A stretch of DNA of 64,000 bases from an uncultured Gemmatimonadales bacterium (GTDB lineage: Bacteria > Gemmatimonadota > Gemmatimonadetes > Gemmatimonadales > GWC2-71-9): the NCBI GenBank assembly GCA_963739455.1, contig CAVUAK010000001.1, positions 1,728,001 through 1,792,000 of the forward strand, in the 5' to 3' direction. Positions 55,043 through 64,000 of the stretch are shown here, piece after piece. Positions within the stretch are counted from its first letter, which is position 1, and each line of letters begins with the position of its first letter. The notes under the pieces are model-generated. The model was given only the letters and a program-made list of their open reading frames with translations. It did no database searches and was not told the origin of the DNA. The translations under genes were made by a program, and so were the position numbers.

Positions 55043-56262
55043 CTAGGTGATGGTCCGCGCCACCGCTACGGGGCGACCGCCGGTACTGGCTCGGCGAGGA
55101 GGCAGGTCCACCTCGCGAGTGAACTCCGCCACCAGCGCCTCATGCTGGGCGCCGGTGGCGGGGCCGTAGAACCCCGCATGCACCTGGCGCACACGGCCGT
55201 CCCGGCCGATGAAGATGGTCGTGGGGAACGCGGTGAAGCCCTCCAGTTGCGGCAGCGTGGCCGCCGCGGCATCGACGTCGTTGGTTCCCGCCAGCAGGAG
55301 TGGGAAGGGAATGTCGAACTTGTCGCGATAGCGACGGACCAGCGCGCCGTCGACCGCGGTGTCGCCGGACACTTCGTAGGCCAGTCCCACCATCTCGAGC
55401 CCAAGCGCGTGACGGGAGCGGTAGAGGTCCACCAGCGCCGGCGCTGCCTCGTGACAGGTGGGGCACCAGGTCCCGAACGCATCGACCACGAGCACCTTGC
55501 CCGCGGAACTGCGGATCGTCGCTCTGCACCAGCGTTGCCGTTCACGTCGCGAAAGGCGAAGCGGAACGGCGTGGTCGTATCCGCTCGTGTCACCTCGGTT
55601 GGCAGCTTGAGCGGCGATGGCCCCTGCGCGCGCACCGCAACGAATGGAGTCTGCGCCTTCAACCCCGCGTGAAAGGTGCCGCGCAGCGTATCACCAACCA
55701 GTCGACCCGCGAGCAGGTAGACGAACGACCCGTCGAACCGCGACAGCGCGAAGCTGTCGCGCGTCGCTTCGCCGGAAAAGTGGCTGTAGTCTCCCGAGTT
55801 CCCGATGATCGTCCCTTCCAGGCCGGCGGGGCCATTGCGGAACTCGAAGATCCGCGGAGTGTCCCCCACGGTCCCGCGGAACCACGCGTACCAGCGACCG
55901 GCGAGCCACGCGGGCGCGGCGGACACCTTCCATTGTCCACGTGAGGCACGGAACGGAATGACGCGCGGCCCGCGATTGCCGACGTTCCGGTAGCAGCCTA
56001 CCAGCGAATCGCCGCGCAGCACTGCTGTGATGCCTGCGGCGTAGTCCGCGAGCTCGAAATGGACCGAGTCACCCAGGACGCGGACCGACGAGAACGCGTC
56101 GCACTGCTGCCCGTTGCAGAGCCGCCCCGAGAGTCCCGCGCCTTCCGCCGTGACCTCGATCCGGAACTTGAGCGTGCCGCCCACGAGGTCGAGTGTCGCG
56201 CGCCATGGGCCGGCGAGCGACGGGGCAAGAACGCCTGCCATGGCGATGAGCGGCAGGAGCAT
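55043..56262 (-). CDS. TlpA/ResA family thiol-disulfide reductase with N-terminal beta domains; frameshifts near 55500-55535; end approximate
   Basis: GPWRATL, GDY...LSRFDGS, GTWCPTCHE, AFPTTIFIGRDG...HAGF. Confidence 0.85.
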
Positions 56263-57077
56263 TACGGCTCCGACCCCTGATAGCGCTCTCCCGCTTCGAT
56301 CTTGCCCGTGATCGTATTCCCGGGCCACGGCGCCGGACACGGGTACACTGAGCTGTACGCACAGAATGGATTGCGGGCGCGATTGAAGTCGAGCCGGTAT
56401 CGGCCCCCGGCAATGGGATCGAGACTCACGAACCGGCCGGCGGGATATGAACCCTGCCCGCTCGTGCCGTCGCGAAAGTAGATCTCGAGTTCGCTCTCGT
56501 CTTCACTGGCCCCGGGAAACCGTCGAACCCGGAGCGACACCGTCTTGCCGTCGCGCACGACGATGACCATCCCCGCATCATCCGCGAGTGCTTCGATCCC
56601 GTCCGGCCCCAGGAACAGCGCCGACTGGCGTTGCGCCGGTGGCGTGAGCGTCACCGTGTCGATGGCGGCGCGCGCGTACGGGAAATACGCCGGCGCGCGC
56701 GCATCGTGAGGAGTACCGAACACCAGGAGGGTCGCCCGCTCGATCGGGCCGGTGGCCATCAGCCGATAGTTGCCGAGGGGCACGGTTCGATTGCGAGGAA
56801 GGGTCCGGGCGGTGCCGGCGGAATCAAGGGTGATGCGGCCGCCCGAGGCAGCGACTCCGACTGCGCCGACACCCGTCAAGGGGATATCGCTTCCTGGAGG
56901 CCCGAGGGTGATTCCAGGACCGATGCGCTGCAGCGCGACCGCGGCAAACGGGGAGGTCGGCCCGCTCGCCAGCCAGGCGGCGAAGTCCGCCCGCTCACGC
57001 GCAAGCTCCGCCGGAACCTGTGCCGCTACCTGCGGTGCCCACAGCCCAATCGCGAGCAGGAAGGAGCGGCTACGCAC
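56262..57077 (-). CDS. DUF1684 domain protein
   Basis: FRDGTSGQGSYPAGRF, LDFNRARNPFCAYS...CP, IEAGER. Confidence 0.88.
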   Translation of the reverse strand: MRSRSFLLAIGLWAPQVAAQVPAELARERADFAAWLASGPTSPFAAVALQRIGPGITLGPPGSDIPLTGVGAVGVAASGGRITLDSAGTARTLPRNRTVPLGNYRLMATGPIERATLLVFGTPHDARAPAYFPYARAAIDTVTLTPPAQRQSALFLGPDGIEALADDAGMVIVVRDGKTVSLRVRRFPGASEDESELEIYFRDGTSGQGSYPAGRFVSLDPIAGGRYRLDFNRARNPFCAYSSVYPCPAPWPGNTITGKIEAGERYQGSEP

Positions 57078-57858
57078 CGGACAGCTTGGCGACCAGGTAG
57101 ATCGCCGACGTCGGTTGCGGCGACCCACCGAGCGGTTCCTCGGTCACGGCGGCAGCGGTTACTGCGGCACCAGAGGGCACCTGGATCGCCTCGACCTGCG
57201 CGCGGCCGTCTGCTTCCGGCCGGAAGGTGATCGAGGGGACCGGCTTCCCGTCCTGGATGAACCAGAGCTGATACGCGCGGTCCGCCGGCAGGGCCTTCAC
57301 ACCGAAGGAATGGATGATCGCGGTGTTGCGCTTCCGGTCCCAGAACAGCTGCACGCCAGGCGCCGGGTCGCCCGTTGCGGTGAGCTGGTACAGCTCTATC
57401 CCGGGTGCGAGGAGGGCCTTCAGCGTACGGTCCCGGTTCGCGATGAGTGTGTCACGACTTGCGAGCGCCGTGTCCCGCTGGGCCAGCATCGCATCCAGCT
57501 GGTCGAGCTTGGCGCCAAGCCGCGCGCGACCCGCTCCCATCCATGCGGCCACGAGCAGCGACGCAGCCAGCGCCCACGGCATCCAGGCCGGGCCAGCCCT
57601 CCGGAGCGGCGTGACGCCGGCTTGGCGCCGTGGCGCACCCGCCACGACCCGGGCGCGAAGTGCGTCGGTTGGTGCCGCGGCCGCCGGCTGGCCAAGCGCC
57701 AGCAGGGCGGCGACCTCGCGATACTCCGCGACCTCGCGCGCCAACCCGGCGTCCCTCGCGAGCAATGCCTCGAACGCCTTCGTCTCCGCGTCATCGAGCG
57801 CGCCAAGCGCGTAGGCCGCGGCCAGGTCCTGGGGCGTGCCGAACTCGGCGCCGCTCAT
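57070..57858 (-). CDS. Anti-sigma factor, RskA family
   Basis: LAAAYALGALD, TM helix, AYQLWFI, AVTEEPLGGSPQPTS. Confidence 0.9.
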   Translation of the reverse strand: MSGAEFGTPQDLAAAYALGALDDAETKAFEALLARDAGLAREVAEYREVAALLALGQPAAAAPTDALRARVVAGAPRRQAGVTPLRRAGPAWMPWALAASLLVAAWMGAGRARLGAKLDQLDAMLAQRDTALASRDTLIANRDRTLKALLAPGIELYQLTATGDPAPGVQLFWDRKRNTAIIHSFGVKALPADRAYQLWFIQDGKPVPSITFRPEADGRAQVEAIQVPSGAAVTAAAVTEEPLGGSPQPTSAIYLVAKLSGA

Positions 57859-58451
57859 GCGAACCTCTCGTAGAAGTACGGCTTGAGGGACTCGCGCAAT
57901 TTCATCATGCCGAGTCGCACGCGGGTCTTCACCGTGCCCAGCGGCTCGTTCAGCCGCTCGGCGATCTCACTGTGTGACAATCCCTCGAAAAAGGCGAGCT
58001 CGATCGCCGCGCGCTGCGGAGGTGAGAGGTCCGCCAGCGCCTCAGCCACGCGGCGCTCCCGCTCCCCGGCCTCGACCGCGGCATCGGGCCCCGCCATCGG
58101 CGCGCTCATGCCCAGCGTGCGCTCGGGATCGCTCCGTTGCGCCGTGTCGGTAATGCGCTCCCGCCGCGCGCGCGCGCGCACGAAGTCGAGTGCGCGGCTC
58201 CGCGTCATCACGGTGAGCCACGCGGCCACGCTGCCTCGGCCCGACTCGAACCGGCCCGCGTCTCGCCACGCCTGAGAGAACGCCTCGGCCACGACCTCCT
58301 CCGCATCGCCTTGCTGCCGCACGATGCGATATGCCACCGCGTACATCATCTGGCCATAGCGGTCATAGACGGTGCCCACGGCGCGCTCATCACCGAGCGC
58401 AGCCCGCGCGAGCAGTTCGGCGTCGGTCACGCCTCCGGCTCCTCCGCTCAT
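57855..58451 (-). CDS. ECF RNA polymerase sigma factor (SigK-like)
   Basis: YDRY...DAEEVV, RGSVAAWL...RSRALD, LAFFEGLSHSEIAERLNEPLGTVKTRVR. Confidence 0.92.
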   Translation of the reverse strand: MSGGAGGVTDAELLARAALGDERAVGTVYDRYGQMMYAVAYRIVRQQGDAEEVVAEAFSQAWRDAGRFESGRGSVAAWLTVMTRSRALDFVRARARRERITDTAQRSDPERTLGMSAPMAGPDAAVEAGERERRVAEALADLSPPQRAAIELAFFEGLSHSEIAERLNEPLGTVKTRVRLGMMKLRESLKPYFYERFA

Positions 58452-58536
58452 GCCGAGCGGGGAAACGGGACAGGGAGCACCAGCGTGTCGATCATTGAAG
58501 TGGAGTCTACCACACGCGGGTGCGGGGTCCAACACG

Positions 58537-58971
58537 CTATTTCAGTTCCTTCGGCGGGTCACCATTGGAGAAAACCATCGTGGTGGCATGCTCGTCGATC
58601 ATGGCGCGCAGGAGATTCACCTGGTCGTGGTATCGCTCCCAGAGCATCGCCAGTTGCACGTGTGCGCCGACGAGTCCGCCCCGCACCGTTCCGCGAAACG
58701 TCACCTGCGTGAGATCGCCGTCCTGCACGATGGTGACCACCTCGAGGGGGATCACCTGGAGGTCTCGGCCAGTGATGGAGACGTGATGTCGCACGTAGGC
58801 GGCGATAGCGCTGTCGCCGCCCGGTGCCACCGCAGCCAGGTCATCGCTGAAGATTCGAACAGCGATCCGTACGACGCCAGCGCCCAGATCCGTTAGTGAA
58901 GCGGAACTGGAGTGAAGCGGATGCGCTCGGCTGGGAGGACCCAGCAGGAGCATCAGGAGCCCGAACAGCAT
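58537..58971 (-). CDS. DUF6702-like secreted protein
   Basis: Signal peptide followed by mature N-terminal HPLHSS; VRIFSDDL, DQVNLL. Confidence 0.7.
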   Translation of the reverse strand: MLFGLLMLLLGPPSRAHPLHSSSASLTDLGAGVVRIAVRIFSDDLAAVAPGGDSAIAAYVRHHVSITGRDLQVIPLEVVTIVQDGDLTQVTFRGTVRGGLVGAHVQLAMLWERYHDQVNLLRAMIDEHATTMVFSNGDPPKELK

Positions 58972-60158
58972 CAGTGCGTGGCCCGGATGGCCGCGGCGTG
59001 CGCCAGCACGAGCGGATCGCGGATCCCGGTGGCAAGTGCGTGCGGCATCGCCAATCGCGCACCGGCCTCGTCGCCAGTGCGGTGCAGCGCCCAGGCATAC
59101 AGGTCCCAGGCGTAGACATCCTGGCGGTCCTCGAGGTCAATGCGTGCCTGCGTCAGCACCGCGCCGACTTCACGGCCTTCGTCGAGAAGCGCCAGGCTCC
59201 ATGCCCTGTGCCAGGCGCCTGGCTGCGCCTTGATCGCCGCCACCATGGCGTTGATGGCCTCGTTCGCCGCGGTGCTGTCGCCGCGTCCCCGCTCCGCTTG
59301 CGCCAGGAGCGCAAGTGCCGCGGGGTCGAAGTGTGCGTCGAGCGACCGACCGGCGTGGTCGGCGGCGTCGTCCCACCTCCCTCGAGAGACGGACGCCCTC
59401 GCGGCTACGGCATGCAGGCGATAGTCGTCCGGGGCAATGGCGAACCCCCGCTCGAGCGCGGTGCCGCCTTCCCCGGTGCGGCCATAGCGCAGTGCGAACT
59501 CCGCTACCCGCAACTCAAACCATGCGCGCTGTTCGCGTGACAACCCGAACGTCGTCGCAGCGCGATCGCGCGCGTCCAGCAGCAGCTGACGAGCGCCGTC
59601 GAGGTCCCCGTTCACCTCTCGCCAGCGCGCGAGCCGCATCTGGGCGGCAAGATTGGTTGTCGTCCCGATCTGCCTGAAGCGCTGTCCTGCTTCCGGGTAC
59701 CGGCCCAGTTCCAGCAGGATCTCGCCGACCAGGCTCTTGATGGTGAGATCGGTGGAGTCCTCCGCCTCCAGTCGCCCTGCTTCCTCCAATGCCTCACGAA
59801 AGCGGTGCTGTCCCATGAGCGCGTTGGTCAGTACGAGCGCTCCGCCGCGGTTCCGGCCCCGGCGCATGCCGAGCGATGCCCGTGCCTGCTGCTCGGCAGC
59901 CACCAGGTCCTCGAAGCGTCCCGTGGCGCGGGCACGCGCCAGCAGCAGGTTCGCGAGACGGGCGCGATCCCCCGCGCCGTACGGGTCCCCCTCCGTTCGC
60001 CGGGTGAAGAAGGCAATGTCGGCGCTGCGCACGTCCGCCTCCCGCGCCGACTCGGCGTTTGCTTCGGCGCGCGCCCGGTCCACGGCGCGGCGCTCGGTGG
60101 ACCAGCCACCGAGCGCCAGCACGCTGAGCACGAGCACGCCAACCGCAATGCGGCTCAA
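58971..60158 (-). CDS. Tetratricopeptide repeat protein
   Basis: Ala-rich helical repeats; HRFREAL, RQDVYAWDLYAWALH...HA pattern typical of DUF4331-linked TPR proteins. Confidence 0.8.
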   Translation of the reverse strand: MSRIAVGVLVLSVLALGGWSTERRAVDRARAEANAESAREADVRSADIAFFTRRTEGDPYGAGDRARLANLLLARARATGRFEDLVAAEQQARASLGMRRGRNRGGALVLTNALMGQHRFREALEEAGRLEAEDSTDLTIKSLVGEILLELGRYPEAGQRFRQIGTTTNLAAQMRLARWREVNGDLDGARQLLLDARDRAATTFGLSREQRAWFELRVAEFALRYGRTGEGGTALERGFAIAPDDYRLHAVAARASVSRGRWDDAADHAGRSLDAHFDPAALALLAQAERGRGDSTAANEAINAMVAAIKAQPGAWHRAWSLALLDEGREVGAVLTQARIDLEDRQDVYAWDLYAWALHRTGDEAGARLAMPHALATGIRDPLVLAHAAAIRATH

Positions 60159-60724
60159 TTCGGCGTTCCCAGATAGGGGAACGTGCTGAGGAACTGCGAA
60201 TCGTTCGCCACGTTGTCCGTGGTGAGCGCTTCCTTGCCTGCGGCTCCCGCCGGGTCCGCGCCGAACGGGTCACCGAACACCGCCAGCAGGGCGAGGTCGG
60301 TCACGTCGTCGGTCAGCTTCCGCCCGCCCCAGCCGTTGGAGAACGGTGCGAGTGGCAGCCAGGTCAGCCAGCCGGCGGTGGCGGGGTCCTTGTCGGTCTG
60401 CACGATCAGCACGTCGGGCAGCAACGCGCCCGCGAGCACGCTGATGTACGCGGGGTCGCGGCCCGCTACCGTGGCGATGAAGTTGGCGATTTCCGGTCCG
60501 ATCGTGGCCGGGTCATCCTTGGGTGCGATGCTGCCGTGCACCGGGTGACTCCGCTTCGACAGCAATACTTCGCTGATGAGCGGATTGCCCAGCCGCTGGA
60601 TCTGGTTGTACATGCGGGTCGTGGTGGGCGCGGTGCCATTGTCGTCGCTGCACGCGGACAGCGTTGCCGCCGCCGTCAGCGCCAGGATGGCAAGCCGCGG
60701 GGCGAGGTGGAATCGTGAACGCAT
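60155..60724 (-). CDS. DUF4331 family lipoprotein (C-terminal half of the domain)
   Basis: Lipobox LSAC; QIQRLGNPLISE, GGRKLTDDVTD, FLSTFPYLGTP. Confidence 0.8.
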   Translation of the reverse strand: MRSRFHLAPRLAILALTAAATLSACSDDNGTAPTTTRMYNQIQRLGNPLISEVLLSKRSHPVHGSIAPKDDPATIGPEIANFIATVAGRDPAYISVLAGALLPDVLIVQTDKDPATAGWLTWLPLAPFSNGWGGRKLTDDVTDLALLAVFGDPFGADPAGAAGKEALTTDNVANDSQFLSTFPYLGTPN

Positions 60725-60750
60725 GATGTGAGTTCGCTCCAAGGTGATGG

Positions 60751-61488
60751 TCACCGGCTGATGGTGCCCCAGATGCCGAGCTTGCCGGGCTGGCCATTCT
60801 CGATGAGGCTCGAGGGAAGTTCCACGACGATCGCAAGCACGTTGAAGCCGTTCACGTAGTTGACGGCCTGTCCGGCCGGGCGGAAGTAGAAGGGCGGTGA
60901 CGGGTTGGCCGGCAGCGCGCAGGGCGCGGATAGCGCGCCCCCCGACGGCCTGCGATCGGGCAGGATGCAGAATGCCGCTTCGAGGTCAATGAAGAACGAG
61001 TCATCACGCGGGCCGGCGAAGACCTGCGTGCTGCTGGTGCTACCGAGCGTGGTGTTGATCGTGCCGGTCACTGTGGGAGACGAGGTTGCCACCTCGTTCA
61101 TCATCGCGCCGACGACCGGGGGATCCACTGGTCCCCGGACCTCGACCTTCTGTGCTGCGCCGGAACCGCTGAACGACACCTGCACCACCTTGTCCTCGAT
61201 TGCGTCGCCATTGTTGTCGATCTTGAACTGGTAGAGAAGGTTCGGGTCGAAGCTCGCCCCCGGCGTCTCGGCCGGTGTCAGGAAGGCGCGGGTATTCATC
61301 ACGAGCACTATTCGCCCGGGCTGCGAGCCGGGAAAGACGTAGACATCGGTGAGGTCCTGCTTGGGATTGAGTTCCACTTCGGCGGTGTCCTGATGATCGG
61401 ACGCGACCGCGAGTCCTGCAACGCCGCTGGCGACGAGGAGGGCGATGCCGGCGAGCCATCGCCGGTGGTGCAACGGGCCTGGTGACAT
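60751..61488 (-). CDS. DUF4331 family secreted protein (N-terminal half of the domain)
   Basis: Signal peptide then ASDHQD...DLTDVYVF, YQFKIDNNGD, VFAGPRDDSFFID, GIWGTISR. Confidence 0.85.
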   Translation of the reverse strand: MSPGPLHHRRWLAGIALLVASGVAGLAVASDHQDTAEVELNPKQDLTDVYVFPGSQPGRIVLVMNTRAFLTPAETPGASFDPNLLYQFKIDNNGDAIEDKVVQVSFSGSGAAQKVEVRGPVDPPVVGAMMNEVATSSPTVTGTINTTLGSTSSTQVFAGPRDDSFFIDLEAAFCILPDRRPSGGALSAPCALPANPSPPFYFRPAGQAVNYVNGFNVLAIVVELPSSLIENGQPGKLGIWGTISR

Positions 61489-61534
61489 GGGACGTCCTGT
61501 TCCGTGGATGGGCGGAGTCGTGCGCGAACGCCCT

Positions 61535-61606
61535 TCTACGCCGGACCAGTCGAAACTGGATGTACCAGCTGGGCCGAACCATCCAAACAGGATGCTGCGA
61601 CGTAGA
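61535..61606. promoter_or_regulatory. Divergent pair of candidate ECF promoters CATCCA-N15/16-CGTAGA
   Basis: Minus strand: CATCC 61562-61558, 17 nt, CGTA 61540-61537. Plus strand: CATCC 61580-61584, 16 nt, CGTA 61601-61604. Confidence 0.6.
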
Positions 61607-61675
61607 TCCTGTGTTGTTTGCGGAAAACCGCAGGCGCGCGGTACGTTATCTCCACCAACATCATGAGGCCCCCTG

Positions 61676-63955
61676 ATGTTTTCAGTTCGGATGGCAGCTT
61701 CGCTGGCCGTAGGCGCGTTTTGCGCGCTGGTTTCGCTTCCACTGGCGGCACAGTCGACGCGCGAGGTGCGCGGCACCGTGCTCGGCACCGGCGACGGTGC
61801 GCCGCTCCACGGTGCGTCGGTTCATCGCGTTGCCTCGACGACCCCCGCCGTTATCGCCAACGATCATGGGCGATTTGCCATCACGGTTCCTGCCACCGAG
61901 GTACAACTGGTGGCTGTGCGCCTGGGCTTTGCCCCCGACACGATGCTTGTTCCGGCCGATCGCAACGAAGTCACTTTCAATCTCCACGAAGCGACCCTCG
62001 AGCTCGATCCGCTCGTCGTCGCCGCCGAGCCGGCATACTCCGCCGCTTCGTCCACTACCATCCGCGAACTTGACCTTGCGCTGAGACCGGTTGCCTCGGC
62101 GCAGCAACTGTTGCCGCTCGTGCCGGGATTGTTCATTGCGCAGCACGCCGGCGGTGGCAAGGCGGAGCAGATCTTCCTCCGCGGCTTCGACGCCGACCAT
62201 GGCACCGATGTCGCCATCAACGTGGATGGCACGCCGGTCAACATGGTATCCCACGCGCATGGCCAGGGGTACGCCGACCTGCACTACCTCATTCCGGAGG
62301 TAGTCGAGCAGATGAATGTGCGGAAAGGGCCGTACGCTGCGCAGGATGGCGACCTCGCCACGGCGGGGGCCATCGAGTTTCGCACCAAGGACCGCCTGCT
62401 TGGGAAGGCGGAAGTGCGCGGAGGAAGTTTTGAAACGGGCCGTGCTCTCGCGCTGATTCCGTTTGGTGGCGACGCCACGAAGTTCGGTGGCTACGCGGCT
62501 GGTGCCTATAGCCAGACCAACGGGCCGTTCATCGCGCCGCAGAACTTCAAGGCGGGGAATGGCATGATCCGCATGACTGCGCCGCTGGGCCGCAACACGC
62601 GGCTGACATTCACCGGATCCGGGTACGGCGCGTCATGGGAGGCCTCGGGGCAGATCCCTTCGCGCGCGGTGAACGACGGCAGCATTCCCCGCTTCGGGGC
62701 GGTCGACGCGACGGAGGGAGGAAACACCCATCGGTATGAGGCGAGTGTGGCGATCGGCGGCGAGGGATCAGGCGGATCGCAATGGAGCGCGCGCGTCTTC
62801 GGGGTGAACTACTACCTCAACCTCTTCTCGAATTTCACGTTCTTCCTGGTCGACTCAACCAACGGCGACGGCATCGAGCAGCGCGATGACCGCATGCTCT
62901 ACGGCGCGCTGGGCTCTTACGAGCGCCCCACGCGGTACGGGTCAGTCCGCGGCAACCTGGCGCTCGGCGTCACGCTGCGCATGGACAACGCGGAGGTGGC
63001 CCTGTTCGACCAGGTTGCCCGCGCCCGACTCGACACCCGGATCGCCAACAACATCAACCAGCAGAACGGTGCCGTGTGGGCCCGGCAGAACCTTGCCTTC
63101 GGCCAGCGCACCACGCTCCAACTCGGCCTCCGCGGTGACCTTTTTCACTTCGATGTAAGTCCCGACAACTCCTTCCCGCCGGGCGCCGAGCCACCGGCCA
63201 GCGGCACCTCCACGCTTGGCCGCATCAGTCCCAAGGCCAACCTGACCTACGAGGCGGCGCGCTACACCACGCTCTACGCGAACTTTGGCATGGGTTTTCA
63301 CTCAAATGACGCGCGGGATGTGGTCACGGCGTCCAACGAGGCCGCGTTGCTCCCGAGAGCCACCGGCACCGAACTCGGCGTGCGTCAGTCGTGGAAGGGT
63401 GGGAGCGTCGCGGTCGCGGGGTGGGCGCTCTGGATCGAGAGCGAGTTGGCCTTTGTGGGCGACGAGGGTGTCACCGAGCTCATCGGGCCAAGCCGGCGCA
63501 TCGGTCTCGATATCGAAGCCCGCCAGCAGATCCTGCCGTGGCTCTGGGCCGACCTGGACCTGAATTTTGCCCACGGCGTACTGACGGACGAGCCGGAGGG
63601 TGCGAATGAAATCCCGCTGGCCCCGAGGTTCACCTACGTAGCCGGAATCAGTATCCGCAACCTCGGGCCGGTGAGCGGAGGAGTACGCGTCAAGCACATG
63701 GGCAGTCGCCCTGCCATCGAGGACGCCAGCGTCACCGCCCTGGGCTTCACGGTAACGCAACTGTTCGCGACCGTCGATATTGGCCACGCACAGGTGTTTG
63801 CGAACGTGGACAACCTGTTCAACGTGGAGTGGAACGAGGCGCAGTTCGCGACGACGTCGCGTCTGCAAGGGGAGCCGAACGGGGGAATCACCGACCTGAA
63901 CTTTACGCCCGGTTCCCCGATCGCCGTGGTCGCCGGTTTCCGCTGGATCTTCTAG
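61676..63955 (+). CDS. TonB-dependent receptor with N-terminal carboxypeptidase-regulatory-like domain
   Basis: Signal peptide; plug QHAGGGKAEQIFLRGFDADHGTD...HAHGQGYADLH; NVDNLFN; C-terminal GFRWIF. Confidence 0.92.
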   Translation: MFSVRMAASLAVGAFCALVSLPLAAQSTREVRGTVLGTGDGAPLHGASVHRVASTTPAVIANDHGRFAITVPATEVQLVAVRLGFAPDTMLVPADRNEVTFNLHEATLELDPLVVAAEPAYSAASSTTIRELDLALRPVASAQQLLPLVPGLFIAQHAGGGKAEQIFLRGFDADHGTDVAINVDGTPVNMVSHAHGQGYADLHYLIPEVVEQMNVRKGPYAAQDGDLATAGAIEFRTKDRLLGKAEVRGGSFETGRALALIPFGGDATKFGGYAAGAYSQTNGPFIAPQNFKAGNGMIRMTAPLGRNTRLTFTGSGYGASWEASGQIPSRAVNDGSIPRFGAVDATEGGNTHRYEASVAIGGEGSGGSQWSARVFGVNYYLNLFSNFTFFLVDSTNGDGIEQRDDRMLYGALGSYERPTRYGSVRGNLALGVTLRMDNAEVALFDQVARARLDTRIANNINQQNGAVWARQNLAFGQRTTLQLGLRGDLFHFDVSPDNSFPPGAEPPASGTSTLGRISPKANLTYEAARYTTLYANFGMGFHSNDARDVVTASNEAALLPRATGTELGVRQSWKGGSVAVAGWALWIESELAFVGDEGVTELIGPSRRIGLDIEARQQILPWLWADLDLNFAHGVLTDEPEGANEIPLAPRFTYVAGISIRNLGPVSGGVRVKHMGSRPAIEDASVTALGFTVTQLFATVDIGHAQVFANVDNLFNVEWNEAQFATTSRLQGEPNGGITDLNFTPGSPIAVVAGFRWIF

Positions 63956-64000
63956 CTACCAGCGCCAGAACCGGTCGGCGCGCAACGCGCCCATTTCGTC

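Overview
GC-rich diderm bacterial chromosome segment. Gene content and order suggest Gemmatimonadota, but this is an inference and has not been verified. Most of the window is core genome: a six-tRNA operon, an RpoD/RpoS-type sigma factor, mlaEFD, an F1-only atpAGDC operon, waaA, TPM-NTase-LemA, hisIE-dnaE-accA-yaaT-metG, lipA-pdhA-pdhB-aceF-lpdA-lipB, a porin and an OFA-type MFS transporter. It ends in a DUF4331/TPR/DUF6702/ECF sigma/anti-sigma operon divergent from a TonB-dependent receptor. About half of the CDSs, including essential ones, are broken by single-base indels. These are almost certainly sequencing or assembly errors, so the CDSs are stitched across them and the breakpoints given are approximate. 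No integrase, transposase, prophage, rRNA or CRISPR array is visible. The notable signals are mostly non-coding: (1) a stand-alone ~185-nt structured transcription unit carrying a perfect 13-nt complement of the 16S rRNA 3' end plus a 20-codon ORF; (2) families of 7-9-nt tandem micro-arrays at operon junctions, including a 29/30 inverted pair that brackets aceF; (3) many apparently leaderless genes; (4) a Rex/CRP-like operator over the atpA promoter; (5) twin divergent CATCCA-N15/16-CGTAGA ECF-type promoters. One coding oddity stands out: a Bor/Iss-like lipoprotein fused to a beta-barrel.
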